From Eledone cirrhosa (taxonomy: Eukaryota): a stretch of DNA of 64,000 nucleotides. This document shows, piece after piece, positions 47,975-64,000 of this stretch. The notes beneath the pieces were generated by a model. It had not been told where the DNA came from. It worked only from the letters and a program-made list of their open reading frames with translations, and did no database searches. Numbering within the stretch: the first letter of the stretch is position 1; each line of letters starts with the position of its first letter. The position numbers and the translations under genes were made by a program. Location: NCBI GenBank assembly GCA_964016885.1, contig OZ024741.1, forward strand, positions 327,112,001-327,176,000, in the 5' to 3' direction.

Positions 47975-48760
47975 AGTCAACTAAGGTAACGCCCCTTATT
48001 TTTCAAGCCCACTCCAGAGTATTTGTTTTTTTGCAAGTAGTGCTGTTTTCTGCAAGTGCTCCTGTCATGTTGCCACTCCTATTTGAAGAATGTACACTCA
48101 AAAACTTTACTTACTATTCCTTAGGCTCCAAATAGCATTGGTATTACCACCACGTTTTTCAGGGGACACCACTGCTTAACCTCCCAAGCCAACCTGCCAT
48201 ATAGCTCCACTTTTTCCTTCTTTAACCTATACCTTCCTATCAGCTGAACATGCGATATCTATGATCCAACACTCTTTGGTTTCTTTCACAGTTATCACAG
48301 TATCTCGTTTTATTAGCTCCATATCAGGGTTACATTGTGTCACAAAGTGCCAGGGAATTTTTGTATTGCTATTTCCGATAATGTACTCGCGTTATGTTCG
48401 TACTCTGCTCTATCAAGTCTATATGTGGCGGACCGTACTCAAATCACTATGTTTGCTACATTGATACGCCACTTATATTCTGTCCAGGCTAGTGGTGTAA
48501 ATTAACTGATAATATATCGTAAAGTTTCTCCATTTTCGCTACAAATTCTCCTCGTATCACTCTATATTGTTGTCTACACTGATATAATTGTTTTTTGGTG
48601 CTTGCTCTTAAGCAACACAGATTAAGGGTTCTGTTTAGGTTGTCTATCTATTTTAGCCACCCATAGCCACCTTTCTTCTCTATTTGTCCTACATTCAACA
48701 TCTCTATGGAATTCTTCATGGATTATCAAGTTTATACTTTTATGTTATCCTCCTTTATAT
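47975..48760 (-). mobile_element. Old 3' fragment of an RLE-endonuclease non-LTR element (R4/Dong-like)
   Basis: Minus strand translates with frameshifts to KECWIIDIACSAD, YGRLAWEVKQW, VVVIPMLFGA.GIV, HLQKTALL. Confidence 0.65.
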
Positions 48761-49890
48761 GATATTGTTTTATAGAGTAGCGCGGATATATATATATATA
48801 TTATTACATATTTCAGTAATATTTTGGTTCCACAGTGTGAAAAAAATTTCATTTGCTCCCTACGGAACATTAGGGGATATTCGTAGTTTCTATAGGAATT
48901 TTGATTAACAGAGGTAAGATAACTAATCTGGCACTTTATCCCTCCTCTCTTATCAACAGACTGAAAACCAGGTCAGTTATTTTGAGTCAATGCGGAGTGA
49001 TTAACTATGGATAGTATTGTATTGCGGGTACCTTCAGCAGCAACCAGCTCAAATCACGTTAATATTTTCAAAGCGACATTACATAACGTAATATCCGGTA
49101 TTGAGAATAAAATAAGATGATCTGAAGAAAGATTAATCCAATATCCAATATCTAAAGCAACATGTTTTTTAAAAAACTGGATATACAGTTTCCCAATTAT
49201 CTTTGAGAATTGAGTGAAATGATATAGAAAAACATGGTTTGAGGCCATAAATCCATGTTCTAGTTAAGAATCCTTCAACATACAGCGAACGATTTTGTGA
49301 AAAACGGGTATACTTTGGATAATGTATTTCCAGGTAACTATTGATGCGGTTGACATTCTATTCTGTCATTCCTGCGAATCACTTTAATATTATACGTATC
49401 TGTGAAGCCCTCGAACGTTAATTTAGCGAGTCATACATTTACTGAAACGAACAACGGAATTTACATTATCAATTTACATTACAATAGATATAAAGCAACA
49501 CGCAGCATGCCACGCCACAATGGGAGGTTGAACCACCAGGAAAATGTTGTGCAACAGCAGAATAGAACATCGCATTGGGATGTTGTCCTACAATGAAAAT
49601 GATGTACACACACTGTTATATGGGTTGTATTTTCCAGAAAACATTGAACAAATTAACGTTTTCAATTACCTCTGTCTGGTTTAATTTCTTTATTTTCTTG
49701 GTTGCTTTTGTAGATTTTCTCATCCTATAAACTGGATTATGATTGCAAATGTATAACCTTCAAACCATGGCCAGATTTAACTGGTCATTTGTCCAAGAAA
49801 GGTTACAGAATACTGGTTACTATAACAACATCCCCTGTTTTGCATGAAACCTGCCAATGCTTCTCATATCGTTGTAAGCATGTATGTATG

Positions 49891-52800
49891 TTCTTCTGGT
49901 TTTATAATTTCAATTTTTATTTCCCAGTAGAGAGATAGTTGGTTTCTAACATAGACACAAGTCTCTCTCATTAGAATTTACACAACATCAACTAGGTAGA
50001 TTGTGTATGCATGCATGTGTAGATATGGATGTTATTGTATGTGTGGATGTGTATGCTTTGGGTTGTATGTGTGCATATGTATATGCTTTGTATCTGTACA
50101 TGTGTATATACAGTTATTAGATGCAACATTTTGGAATGTTTTACATATTTTTACTGTTCCATTAATGGATTGTACTTGTAATTTACTAACTAGTGCGGTT
50201 CTTTCTGTTCCTGTCAATCCTAGCTTCTCAAGATTTGTATTGAGGCAGTTACTAACATACCCCAGTGCCCCAATAAGCAAAGGCATCAATCTGATAGTGT
50301 AATCAGGGTGGAGTATCTGCAGATTTCTCATAATTTTGCATAAATATTCTCTTTTTCGATAATGTTTGATATTATATTGGCATTTGCTGGGCAGCTAATT
50401 TCCACTACTGTGCATGCTTTCTTCTCGCTGTTCCATATCATAAAATCTGGTCTGTTATGCCTGCATTTTATTGGGGTTTTTACTGGAACATTCCACCAGT
50501 ACTCTTTCATATTATGTACATGGATATCTTCCACATTGCTGTAGCTTTTATTATCGGGGCTATCTTTTTTACGGATTGCATTGTACAGTGTTTTGGCCAC
50601 TACATCATGCCTCATAGGTAGATAGTACCGCGATGACATGTTTGGACAGCTGCTGATGACATGGGTGATATCTTCGATATTATTTCTGCAGAACATGTAC
50701 TTCTTATCACAGCTAGGTGTTATGCCTGCATCCATATCTCTTTTGTGAATCAGGTATTTCGTGTTAATCTCCTGTTCTTGGATTGCAAAGGTGTATCCTT
50801 CAAAGTGGGAGCCAATATAGCGGTCTTTGGTCCAATATAGACTACTTTCCTTATCTCACAATGGAACTTCCTGGCAACATATCTTTGCATGATTTTTTGT
50901 TGATAAGCACGCAGTTTTTCATCCATGGATTCACTGCGATACTGCTGGGCGATTTCCCTGGGTGTGAGTTTTTGATTATCACGCTGGGAATATCTCTCTA
51001 GGAGTTCTTTCCCAACTCTCATGATCTTATCTGTTTCATGCAGATAGACTTGCTCGAGAGACGGGCTCCTACGCTTCGAGGTTCATAGATATTATCGGAT
51101 GGATATGATGCGACATTCAAATGCTGTCTGGACTGATGTTACGCCTCTGCCTCCTTGCTTGCGTTTCAAGTAAAGGCGGTCTGTGTCACTGTCGATATGG
51201 AAGTTTCCGGTGTTGTTTAGTATTTTTCGAGTTCTAACATCAACTGATCGGATTTCTTCTATCCTCCAATTGAGTATTCCAAACGTTGGTGTTAGGACAG
51301 TCACAGCAAACACATTGTGAGCCACTGTTTTGTTTTGCACAGAGAGTTCCGATCACCAAATCTTTCTTAATCGGGTGTAATATTCCCTGGCTACGTGTTC
51401 CTTATTACAGATTCCATTATAGGATATGTTCTCATCTATCCCCAGGTATCTGTAGCAGTCCTCATCAGATATCGGTGAAACAGTTAGGCCATTGAAGACA
51501 ATGTTGCTAGATTGGGTTGTTGTTTTTCCCCGCTTTACAGTCATATATGAACATGTATCTTGGCCATTTATGTTAGTTAGGCCATTGATGACAAACTATC
51601 ATAAAAGAGTGGGGAACAGAATCGAAGTTTTTCCTGTAGTCCAGCCAGACTGTAGCCATATTCCTCCTAAGTTGTAGCACTACCGACATCGCAGTTTTGT
51701 TGATTAGTTGTTCAGCACATCCCCAAACCAATTTCTTTCCAGCTGCTTGTTCATCTATGATGATGTTATTATTTTCACAGTGATCTTGGAGGAATAGGTT
51801 CAGGCAGACTGTATACATCTTATAAATCAGGTTCTGGCATGCAATGGGTCGGTTTTTAGCCAAGTGCGTGTCTTTGTTCTTGGGGACCAGTAATGTTTGT
51901 GCTAATGTCAACCATTCTGGTATAAGTGTATCTCCCTTAAGAACTTGTTGATAGAGGTCAGTAAGATACCTCCGATAGAATATTAGTTTTTTGTACCAGT
52001 AGCCGACAATCATGTCTCTTCCTGGTGTTTTCTTAACTTGGAATTTTCCTATCACAGTCTCAAGGGTACCCTCACTTATGTTGTATGTTTTTGTTGTAGT
52101 GTAGGAGCAATAGTTTTTTCGGATTTCTCTTAACCACACTGCATCTTGGTTGAAATTCTTCTTTTCACCCCATATTTTGCTCCAAAAGGAATCTGTCTTT
52201 CTGACACTTATTATTTTGTTCTTCATATCTCTATAGACTGATGTTTGGTTTCGTCTGAATCTTTTATTAAGCACTTTTCTCTCATCTACCTCCTTCAGGT
52301 ATCGGCGTTTTTCGCTAACAGCTCTCAATTCTTGTTTGAGGGTGATCAGCTTATATTGATGAGTTTTGGTTCTACTGTTACCAAACATCGTCTCTATTTT
52401 ATTTTTCACTCTTTGTTGGTGAGGAGTGAGGTTCTTTTGTTTTGTTTGCATGTAAGGAGCATTGTCATATATCCTATGGTTTCTCGTAGGTCAGCAATAT
52501 TTTTTCTATTTTAGTTATATATGATGGTATCTTTGGTGGTGTTTTGTTCTTGTTAATATCTCTGCTACCACCGAGATAATGCTTCACTGTCATTGCTAAG
52601 GCATATAAATAGGCGTTGATTTGCCAAAATGTTGGGGTTTTTATCCGTCGTAAATATTCATCCCCTATTTTGCCAATAACACGCAATATTTCATTATTTG
52701 GTTTTTTATTAAATATTGTCCTTTGAATACGTTCAGCAAGAGAAATGTTTATACATGAATTAATTTCTCTCTGGAAGATTTCGTTGAGGGAAATTTTCAA

Positions 52801-53065
52801 TTGTTTATACTTTTGATTATTATCATTATCGATAGTGTTTTCCACAACAGTCGACGTAGACTCGGATGGTACACGTGGTGTCAAAATTCTTCGATTATTA
52901 TTATTATCGATAGTGTTTTCCCCAGCATTCGAGGTAGACTTAGATGGTACACGTGGTGTCAAGTTTCTTAGAGGCATATTTGCTTCAACGCGCTGTTCGA
53001 TCTGGCTGCTAGGATGTCTCGTAGCATGGCGACCAAGAGCACGTGTTGTTGATCCCATGTTTGTT
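49891..53065 (-). mobile_element. Decayed R4/Dong-like non-LTR retrotransposon (RT + zinc knuckle + RLE) with the RT core deleted
   Basis: KTPGRD..GYWYK, RPIACQN, WLDYRKNFDSVPH, YRYLG, RLYLKRKQGGRG, C..EDITHVISSC, RHDVVAK, HNRPDF..VVEISCP, IGALG; flanked by CATA/CA repeats. Confidence 0.88.
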
Positions 53066-53343
53066 GTGTATGTGTATGTATGCGTATATGTGTGTGTGTA
53101 TGTATATATATATGTGTGTGTGTGTATATATGTATATATATATTCAAATGTTTGCTTTCGTGTCAGGTTTTTCTCTCTTCTTTTTCAGACAAATGTATGT
53201 ATATATGAATGTATGTATGATATGTGCATGTATGTACGTAATGGTGGATTCATATGCATGCATATGTACCTAATGATGGATTCACAGCTGTATGCATATA
53301 TCTATATACACGGGTGTGTATGATTGTGTATAGAAGATTATAT

Positions 53344-53730
53344 TAATAAAAGGAATTCGAACCTTGTCTGAGCTACTCGTTCTACCTACAATACCTCAAC
53401 ATTACAATGGTGCTAGAATGAAATAGTATGGTAGAATACCAAATGTTAAATGTTAATTGAACAAGCACCTTCATGCTTTCGCAATCTTCAGGTTCATATT
53501 ATTTGGTGACAGTCAAGTTTGCGATTTTCAACTGTTGAAACACAGTTGAAAATTGCAAACTTGACTGTCACCACAGAATATGAGCCTGAAGATTGCGAAA
53601 GCATGAAGGTGCTTGTTCAATTAACACTTAACATTTGGTATTCTACCGTGCTATTTCATTCTAGTACCATTGTAATGTTGAGGTATTGTAGGTAGAACGA
53701 GTAGATCAGAAAAGGTTGGAATACTTTTAT

Positions 53731-53732
<2 letters not shown>
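53344..53732. repeat. Long palindrome (core arms ~165 bp, 6-nt loop at 53536-53541) with hammerhead-like motifs
   Basis: Arms pair with few mismatches; TGA(A/G)C-CTGAAGA-TTGCGAAAGCAT-GAAG-GTGC-TT-GTTCA at 53458-53496 (-) and 53581-53619 (+). Confidence 0.88.
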
Positions 53733-53765
<33 letters not shown>

Positions 53766-53783
53766 TATGGGTGTGTGTGTATG

Positions 53784-53838
<55 letters not shown>

Positions 53839-54279
53839 TTGCATGTATGTATATGTATATATGCATTCATGTGTAATATAAAAATAAGAATAAAACAAGC
53901 AAGAATTTAAAAAATATTACGTCATCATCTAATGATGGATTAGATATTTTACAAGGGTTTGGAAGGGCGCAAGTAGTAACAGCTTAGCATGGTTATAACT
54001 CAGACGTCAAGCATGCACCGGTGTCCCCCGAGAAAGTATCACCGCTAAACGGATTTCCGGTAACCAATCATTTATGTGACAAAGTAAAAAGAACAACAAC
54101 ATACCTAGCGGACAATAGACATTATTTATATTCTATATAAATATGATACCTTCTGTATTGTACACCATAAGTTAACATGGGACAAAAACATCAACGAGAT
54201 GTGTGGTGCTGGAATATACACGTAAATCTGAGGACAATGATAAGGATACAATTACAAAAACAACAACAATAATAATAAT

Positions 54280-54490
54280 GATTTATGATTTAGGTACAAG
54301 GTCAGCAATTTTAGAGGAGGGCAAAGTAGATTAAATCGATCTCAGTCCATGACTAGTACTTTATTTACCCCCGCCCCACCTCCCCCGTAAGGATGAAAGG
54401 CAAAGTTGACCGCGGCAGCATTTGAAATCAGAATGTAAAGGGTGGTAACTAGATACCGCGTTGCATATAGTACGACGCTCTGCTGATAAT
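54280..54490 (-). mobile_element. Degraded SINE
   Basis: Contains CCCCGTAAGGATGAAAGGCAAAGTTGAC and a tail remnant. Confidence 0.7.
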
Positions 54491-55074
54491 ATTTCATCTA
54501 ATATTGATACAAGACCAGCAATAGTTGAGCTGCCGAAAGACAATTAGACTGGCTTCAGTAAATCAGAATTTCATTCATACCAAAAAATATAGCAAAAATG
54601 TTCGATTCCCTAAAACGTTTTGTAAACTGAGCCTCGGTGGATTGGCGATGGCATTATATACTGAGACGTTGAGTGTTTGCATCATTGTCTTTCCATTTCT
54701 TTACCTACAACACACACACACGCACGCACAGACACACACACAGACACACACATACACAACATATATATATTTATTAAAATAACAGATTAAAGTTTAAGCA
54801 AATAATCGCTACTTTCACCCTTAACAGGATCTTCTAAATTTAAAAAAATCAGTCTGTGGAAACAGAAGTAAATATTTTGAAAAAAGTTGCAACTGAAGGT
54901 AAACAGGGTTCGTGAAGACGTTCCCTGGCAATGAACGGGAAAAAAGCAAGGATAATTACGTCGTTATGTGGGCAATGAGAATACTTTTATCAGACAAAAC
55001 CACGTTTATATGTTAAAATAATCAAATTGAATTAATTCAGCAGTTGAACGCACATAGGAATAATAGGTTGTTAC

Positions 55075-55552
55075 CAAAATGCCAGAATATTTACAAGTCG
55101 ACCCTAAATATGACTAATAGCTCTTGGAAAGCCATGAACGACATCACATCTTTTAAACTTTCATTTTGAAAGTAGTTTATAATTATCAATTTTCATTATA
55201 CGTTCTTAGCTGTCTCGGTGGCCTAGTTGGAGGAATCGTAGACGGTGGTGATCCTGGTCTGAAGTTCGATTCTGGTCGGCAGTAGGTTTCCCGGTAAACC
55301 TTTTCAGCTTTTTTTTATGGGATGTAAAATAACAACTGACAAAGATTACATGTACCTCTCGACTAGGATAGAACCCAAAACCACAGTTTCTAGTACCTAC
55401 CACTAGTCCACTGAAACAGCTATGAAAATCTACTGAAAATACATTCTTATAAACCTGCATTCAAAATGTTCAAAACAAAATGATATGTTGTCGTTCATCT
55501 CTTTCTTAATGTTATTGCTCCTACTTAAGGTCGACTTCAAAATCTTTTGGGT
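55075..55552. other. Inverted repeat carrying two convergent tRNA-like (Pol III A/B box) heads
   Basis: Plus head 55207-55285: TGGCCTAGTTGG ... GTTCGATTC; minus head 55355-55422: TGGACTAGTGG ... GGTTCTATCC; flanks also pair; partial second copy at 63113-63358. Confidence 0.6.
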
Positions 55553-55767
55553 GTTCCATAAACTACATCCTCGTTTTGTTTCTCACCTATCTAGACTATA
55601 ATTTAACCGGTAATCCACCTTCATTTCTGTTGCACCTCATTTCTACCACCATGTCTCTCTCTTTCTCTCTGTGATATTTGAATATATCTAATACGATTCG
55701 GGCTTACCTTATTCATATATATATATATGTTTTTGCTTGTTAGATTCAAACTTACAATGATTGGCAT

Positions 55768-55848
<81 letters not shown>

Positions 55849-55854
55849 CGGCGA

Positions 55855-58800
55855 TGAATTAGATTTACGAGGTTTTTTATATGAACTCGTGTGTCGAAAC
55901 AAATATTGTTATACTTGGGGAGGGTCATATTTGTGTAATATTGCCAGAATTAATAACAGAACACACTCACTGTTTGGTTGGTTTTCGCTTCTCGCTTCTG
56001 TGTCTTTTATATCGGTAATCTAACTTACTCGGTCCTCAATGTTGCCATTGACTGACCGACGGTCAAAAATAATACAGATACAGTATAGACACAAACATAT
56101 ATATATAGTTTATCATAAATCTTTCGTTGCACATCTGCAACATCGTCAGTGGTACTATCTTTTCCTCCTGTTGTACTGTATGTCTACGCCATTTTTATTC
56201 AGTCTGTCTATATATTTATTTATTTATTTGCTTGTTTGTTTATTTTATTTTGTCTTCTTTGCGCATGCGTTTGCGTGTGTGTATAGTGTTTTGCTTGCTG
56301 TGTGATGGGTGACTAGTGTGTGTTTATGTGCTTGTTGTTATTGTGCTTGTTGTTATTGTGCTTGTGTATGTGTTTATTTATTTATTTATTTATTTTATTT
56401 TATTTACTTATTTATATTTCTCTTAGGTCAGTGTTGTTTGTTTGGGTGTTGTTGTTATTCCATTCATTCTTTCTGTTTAGTCTTGGTCTTCTAAATTCTA
56501 TTTCACTGGCCTCTCTGATTTGCCTATCTGCTGGGTCATTTCTATGTTTAGATATTATTCTAATTTCTATGTTGTCTATGTTACCGTCATGTTGTTGTCT
56601 AGCATGTTCGTATAGTACTGACCCGTTTTTTCGTCATTTTAGTTTACCCCAGTGTTGGTCTATCCTTTCACCTATGCTACGAACTGTCTCACCTATGTAT
56701 GTTGTTGTCATGTTTCTGCAAGTACCCTCTGTACATCTTATGCTATAGACTACGTTTCTAGTTTTACAGTTTATCCGGGGGTTTACCTTACATATGATAC
56801 ATTTCCTATTAGTACAGTGGGTTTTCTTAAAAGGGTAGGTTTTGCTGATCAGGGATTTTATGGTGGTTCCTGGCTTTTCTACCACCTTAATGTTTAAGTG
56901 GGTCTTTCTCAGGGCCTTTCTACACTGGTTAGCTAATTTGCCTCCAGTGGTAGCGTCCACAAACATGACACTCTGGTATCTCTGGTTGTCGTACCATGAG
57001 GTGGCTTTCCTTATCTTATGTCTAGCCCTATTTAAGCTATTCCATGATTTGCTCCTGTATAACGGGCAAATTCCTTTCATGTCCAGTTCTATGAGGGTCT
57101 TATATTTCTCCATGGCTCCTTCGTATACTCTGACTCTGTCTCTTTGGTTGTAGCCAGAGAACTGCATGCGGTTGATGAAGTGTTGGATGTGTCTTTCCAT
57201 TTCTGTTCGGTCGCACATGCGGGACACATTGTTCATCATTCGTACCAAATCTGCGATCAGAATATTAAACTTAGCACTACTGGACATTGCTGAGTTTTTG
57301 AGTATCAGGTATTTGGAGGCCATGGGTTTAGCATAATTGTGAGTGGAGAATTTGGGCTCTCTCGTCTATAGTGTTAATCCAGAGTTCTGTATCTAATACA
57401 GGTAGTCTATTGTTAGGGTGTTTGGAAGGGAAGTCGATAGTTACAGTTATACTCTGGTGTATGGAATTAGCTATCTGCTGGATGCTTTCCATCGTGCTAC
57501 GTCTTAAATCAAACTTGCTAGTGCTCTCTAGTGGGGGTGTTCTTATAACTATATTGATATCGTCTACATAACGAGAGTACATGATGAGGTCTATGGAGCT
57601 CTCATTAAGGAGATATTTAAGTCTCCTTTCCCACCATACCATGAAAAGGTTGGCAACATCACCAGCTATGCTGACGCCGATGGCTGCTCCCTCATTTTGG
57701 GTGTAGATTTTCTCATTGAACTTAAATATGTGGCCCTTTAGGGTAGTTTTGATACTAGCCCCTATAGCATGTGCGACCATTTTTCTTACCTGATCAGTGT
57801 TTTGGGGGGTCCGTATAGCTTTGGTCCACCCAATCCACCTTCCTATGGGAGTCTTTTTAGCCATTGAGGTTATGGTGGGGGGTCTACCTCTTATATGTCT
57901 ACTAGGGCAGAAACATCTAAGGTCATGGCTGTCTAGGTAGTCAGTGTCGTAGGTAAGTCTAAGTAGGAGGCCCAGTTCGTCTGTGTCGACGTCGCAGAAC
58001 TCCACCTTACTCTCAATGATCATCTCCACACATCTTTTCACAGCAAAATCAATGTTAATGGATAGGTACAGTGACACCACATCCATGCTGCCTATTATGC
58101 AGTTGGATAGGTTCCTGTTTTTGTTGCACTCACTGATTCTGCTGAGGAGGTCCTCTGTACTGTCACATACAGCTGGGGACATCTTGATTATGGGGCGTAT
58201 AACCATTGAGAGGAAGTGGGAAATCCTGTAGTTACTAGCTATATTAGCTCCGCATAAGGGTCTTGTTGGTGGTCCTGTTGTCGGGTCGTCGACTGTCTTG
58301 TGGTTTTTGTTGTGTCTATCATTGATGTTGCTACATGTACTATTTCCATTATTACCACTGTGGTTATTGTTGTTGTTGTTCGTATTGTTACCGGTATTTC
58401 TACTGTGGTCGCTGCTGCTGTGTCTGTGGTTAATGTTTCTATTATTATTATTATTTTGGTTGTTGTTGTTCTGTCTATCGTTAGTATTATTACCATTATT
58501 ACTATTTCTCACTTTCCTGCTATTGTTTTGGCTGTTATTTCTATACTCAGAGTTATTGTTTATATTACTACTACCGTTATTATTGTTGTTGTTGTTGTTT
58601 ACCTTTGCATTCCAACGTATTTTTGTGAAACACTTTTCCAGCTCCGTTTTGCACTCCATAGGGTTAATCTTTTTGTAGATGGCAAATTTTGGTGGTAGCC
58701 GCAGGATTTGTTGTTCTTGTTCACTGATTAAAGTGTTTCCATACATATTTACTGTGTGGTCATTGGTAAATTCTTCCGGTAGTTTTACATCAGTCATACG

Positions 58801-58876
58801 GATATTGTTGATGTTATCTGGGTATTTTTGAGAATATTCTATTTTCCTTTCTTGTAGTTTTTTCTTATTCATCCAT
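55855..58876 (-). mobile_element. Penelope-like element, inverted arm with two internal deletions
   Basis: ORFs 57328-58917 (PPTRPLCGA, GSMDVVSLY, GAAIG, RYVDD, LPVLD) and 56634-57323 (VVYSIRC..YIGET); reverse complement of the right arm. Confidence 0.93.
56111..56154 (-). ncRNA. Minimal hammerhead motif in pLTR
   Basis: TACCA-CTGACGA-T-GTTGCA(gatg)TGCAAC-GAAA-GATTTA-TGATA; stem I has one mismatch. Confidence 0.65.
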
Positions 58877-58887
58877 TCGTGTGTCGA

Positions 58888-63093
<4,206 letters not shown>

Positions 63094-63357
63094 TATCTAT
63101 ATATATATTATCGTTTGTTAAAATAATCAAATTAAATTAATTCAACACTTAAAGGCACATGGGAATAATAAGGTTGTTTCCAAAAAGCCAGCACATTGAC
63201 AAGTCGAGCCTAAATATGATTAATAGCTCTCGTACGAAAGCCATGAACGACACCACATCTTTTTAACTTTGATTTTGAATGTAGGTTTATAATTATTAAT
63301 TTTCATTATATTTTTGTAGTTGTCTCGCTGGCCTAGTTGGAGGAATCATAGACGGTG

Positions 63358-63973
63358 GTATGCTTAACCAAATCATCATATGTATATATATATATCAAAG
63401 GTATATATTGAGTTGGGAACTCAAAATAGTCTCTTACATCAAAATAGCTCTAAGAAAGAGATATTTCCGAGCCGTATATTATAATAGAATATAAAAGAAA
63501 AACGAACACAGATATATATGTGTTCATGTGCGCTATTATATATAGCACACTATTCAGTTTCTTAATATACTTAGAAGTGTCTACGATACTAATTTATCAC
63601 CCACTGATGAGCATGAATTGGTAATTCTATTCACAATTAACATTGCGAAACAACGGCAAGTTGTCTGGGTGATTGGTAGTTACCACAATTCCGGTTTGTA
63701 TTTATTTTCTTGATTTTTGCTTAAATTGAGAAAAGCAAACCCAATTGTCTATAGTTAGTATTCTTTTCACCTTAGCGAATCTGGTCCCTTACGATTTGAA
63801 CGCATATACGTATATATCTGTTTTCGTTTTTCTTTTTCTTTTATATTCTATTATAATATATGGCTCACAAATATCTCTTTCTTAGAGCTATTTTGTTGTA
63901 AGAGACTATTTTGAGTTCCTAACTCAATATATACCTTTGATATATATACATATGATGATTTGGTTAAGCATAC
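63358..63973. mobile_element. Non-coding element with ~160 bp terminal inverted repeats around a hammerhead ribozyme
   Basis: 63358-63520 pairs with 63810-63973. Confidence 0.85.
63596..63673 (+). ncRNA. Canonical type I hammerhead ribozyme
   Basis: ATCACCCA-CTGATGA-GCA..AATTG..CAATT..TGC-GAA-ACAAC(ggcaa)GTTGT-C-TGGGTGAT; 8-bp stem I, 5-bp stem III, GUC cleavage site. Confidence 0.92.
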
Positions 63974-64000
63974 ATCGTATTTAAAATTGAGTGACACAAC

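Noticed and set aside
55207-55285. Functional tRNA gene
   Set aside because: A/B boxes and an acceptor-like stem are present, but no coherent anticodon arm; treated as a tRNA-derived repeat.

Overview
Repeat-dense animal genomic DNA, probably a cephalopod such as Octopus (inferred from the SINE family and the extreme TA/CA microsatellite density; not verified). No host gene could be supported. Main contents: (1) three intact ~5.8 kb Tx1/L1-clade LINEs in a head-to-tail array (6835-24261), each separated by a re-created (TCTA)n(TA)3 target duplication, plus a decayed relative on the minus strand (512-4860). Comparing the two families shows a covarying double hairpin in the 3' UTR, an uncharacterised ORF1 C-terminal domain, and a splice-donor motif overlapping the ORF1 stop that could either remove ORF2 exactly or fuse ORF1 to ORF2. 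(2) Several Penelope-like elements (RT + GIY-YIG) with inverted pseudo-LTRs, including a 7 kb fold-back structure, and more than a dozen type I hammerhead ribozyme motifs (intact, mutated or half), several inside short non-coding fold-back elements. (3) Two RLE-type (R4/Dong-like) LINE relics, RTE-like 3' ends, tRNA-derived SINEs, a mariner-like MITE and an inverted pair of tRNA-like heads. All structures were read by eye; no searches or folding programs were run.
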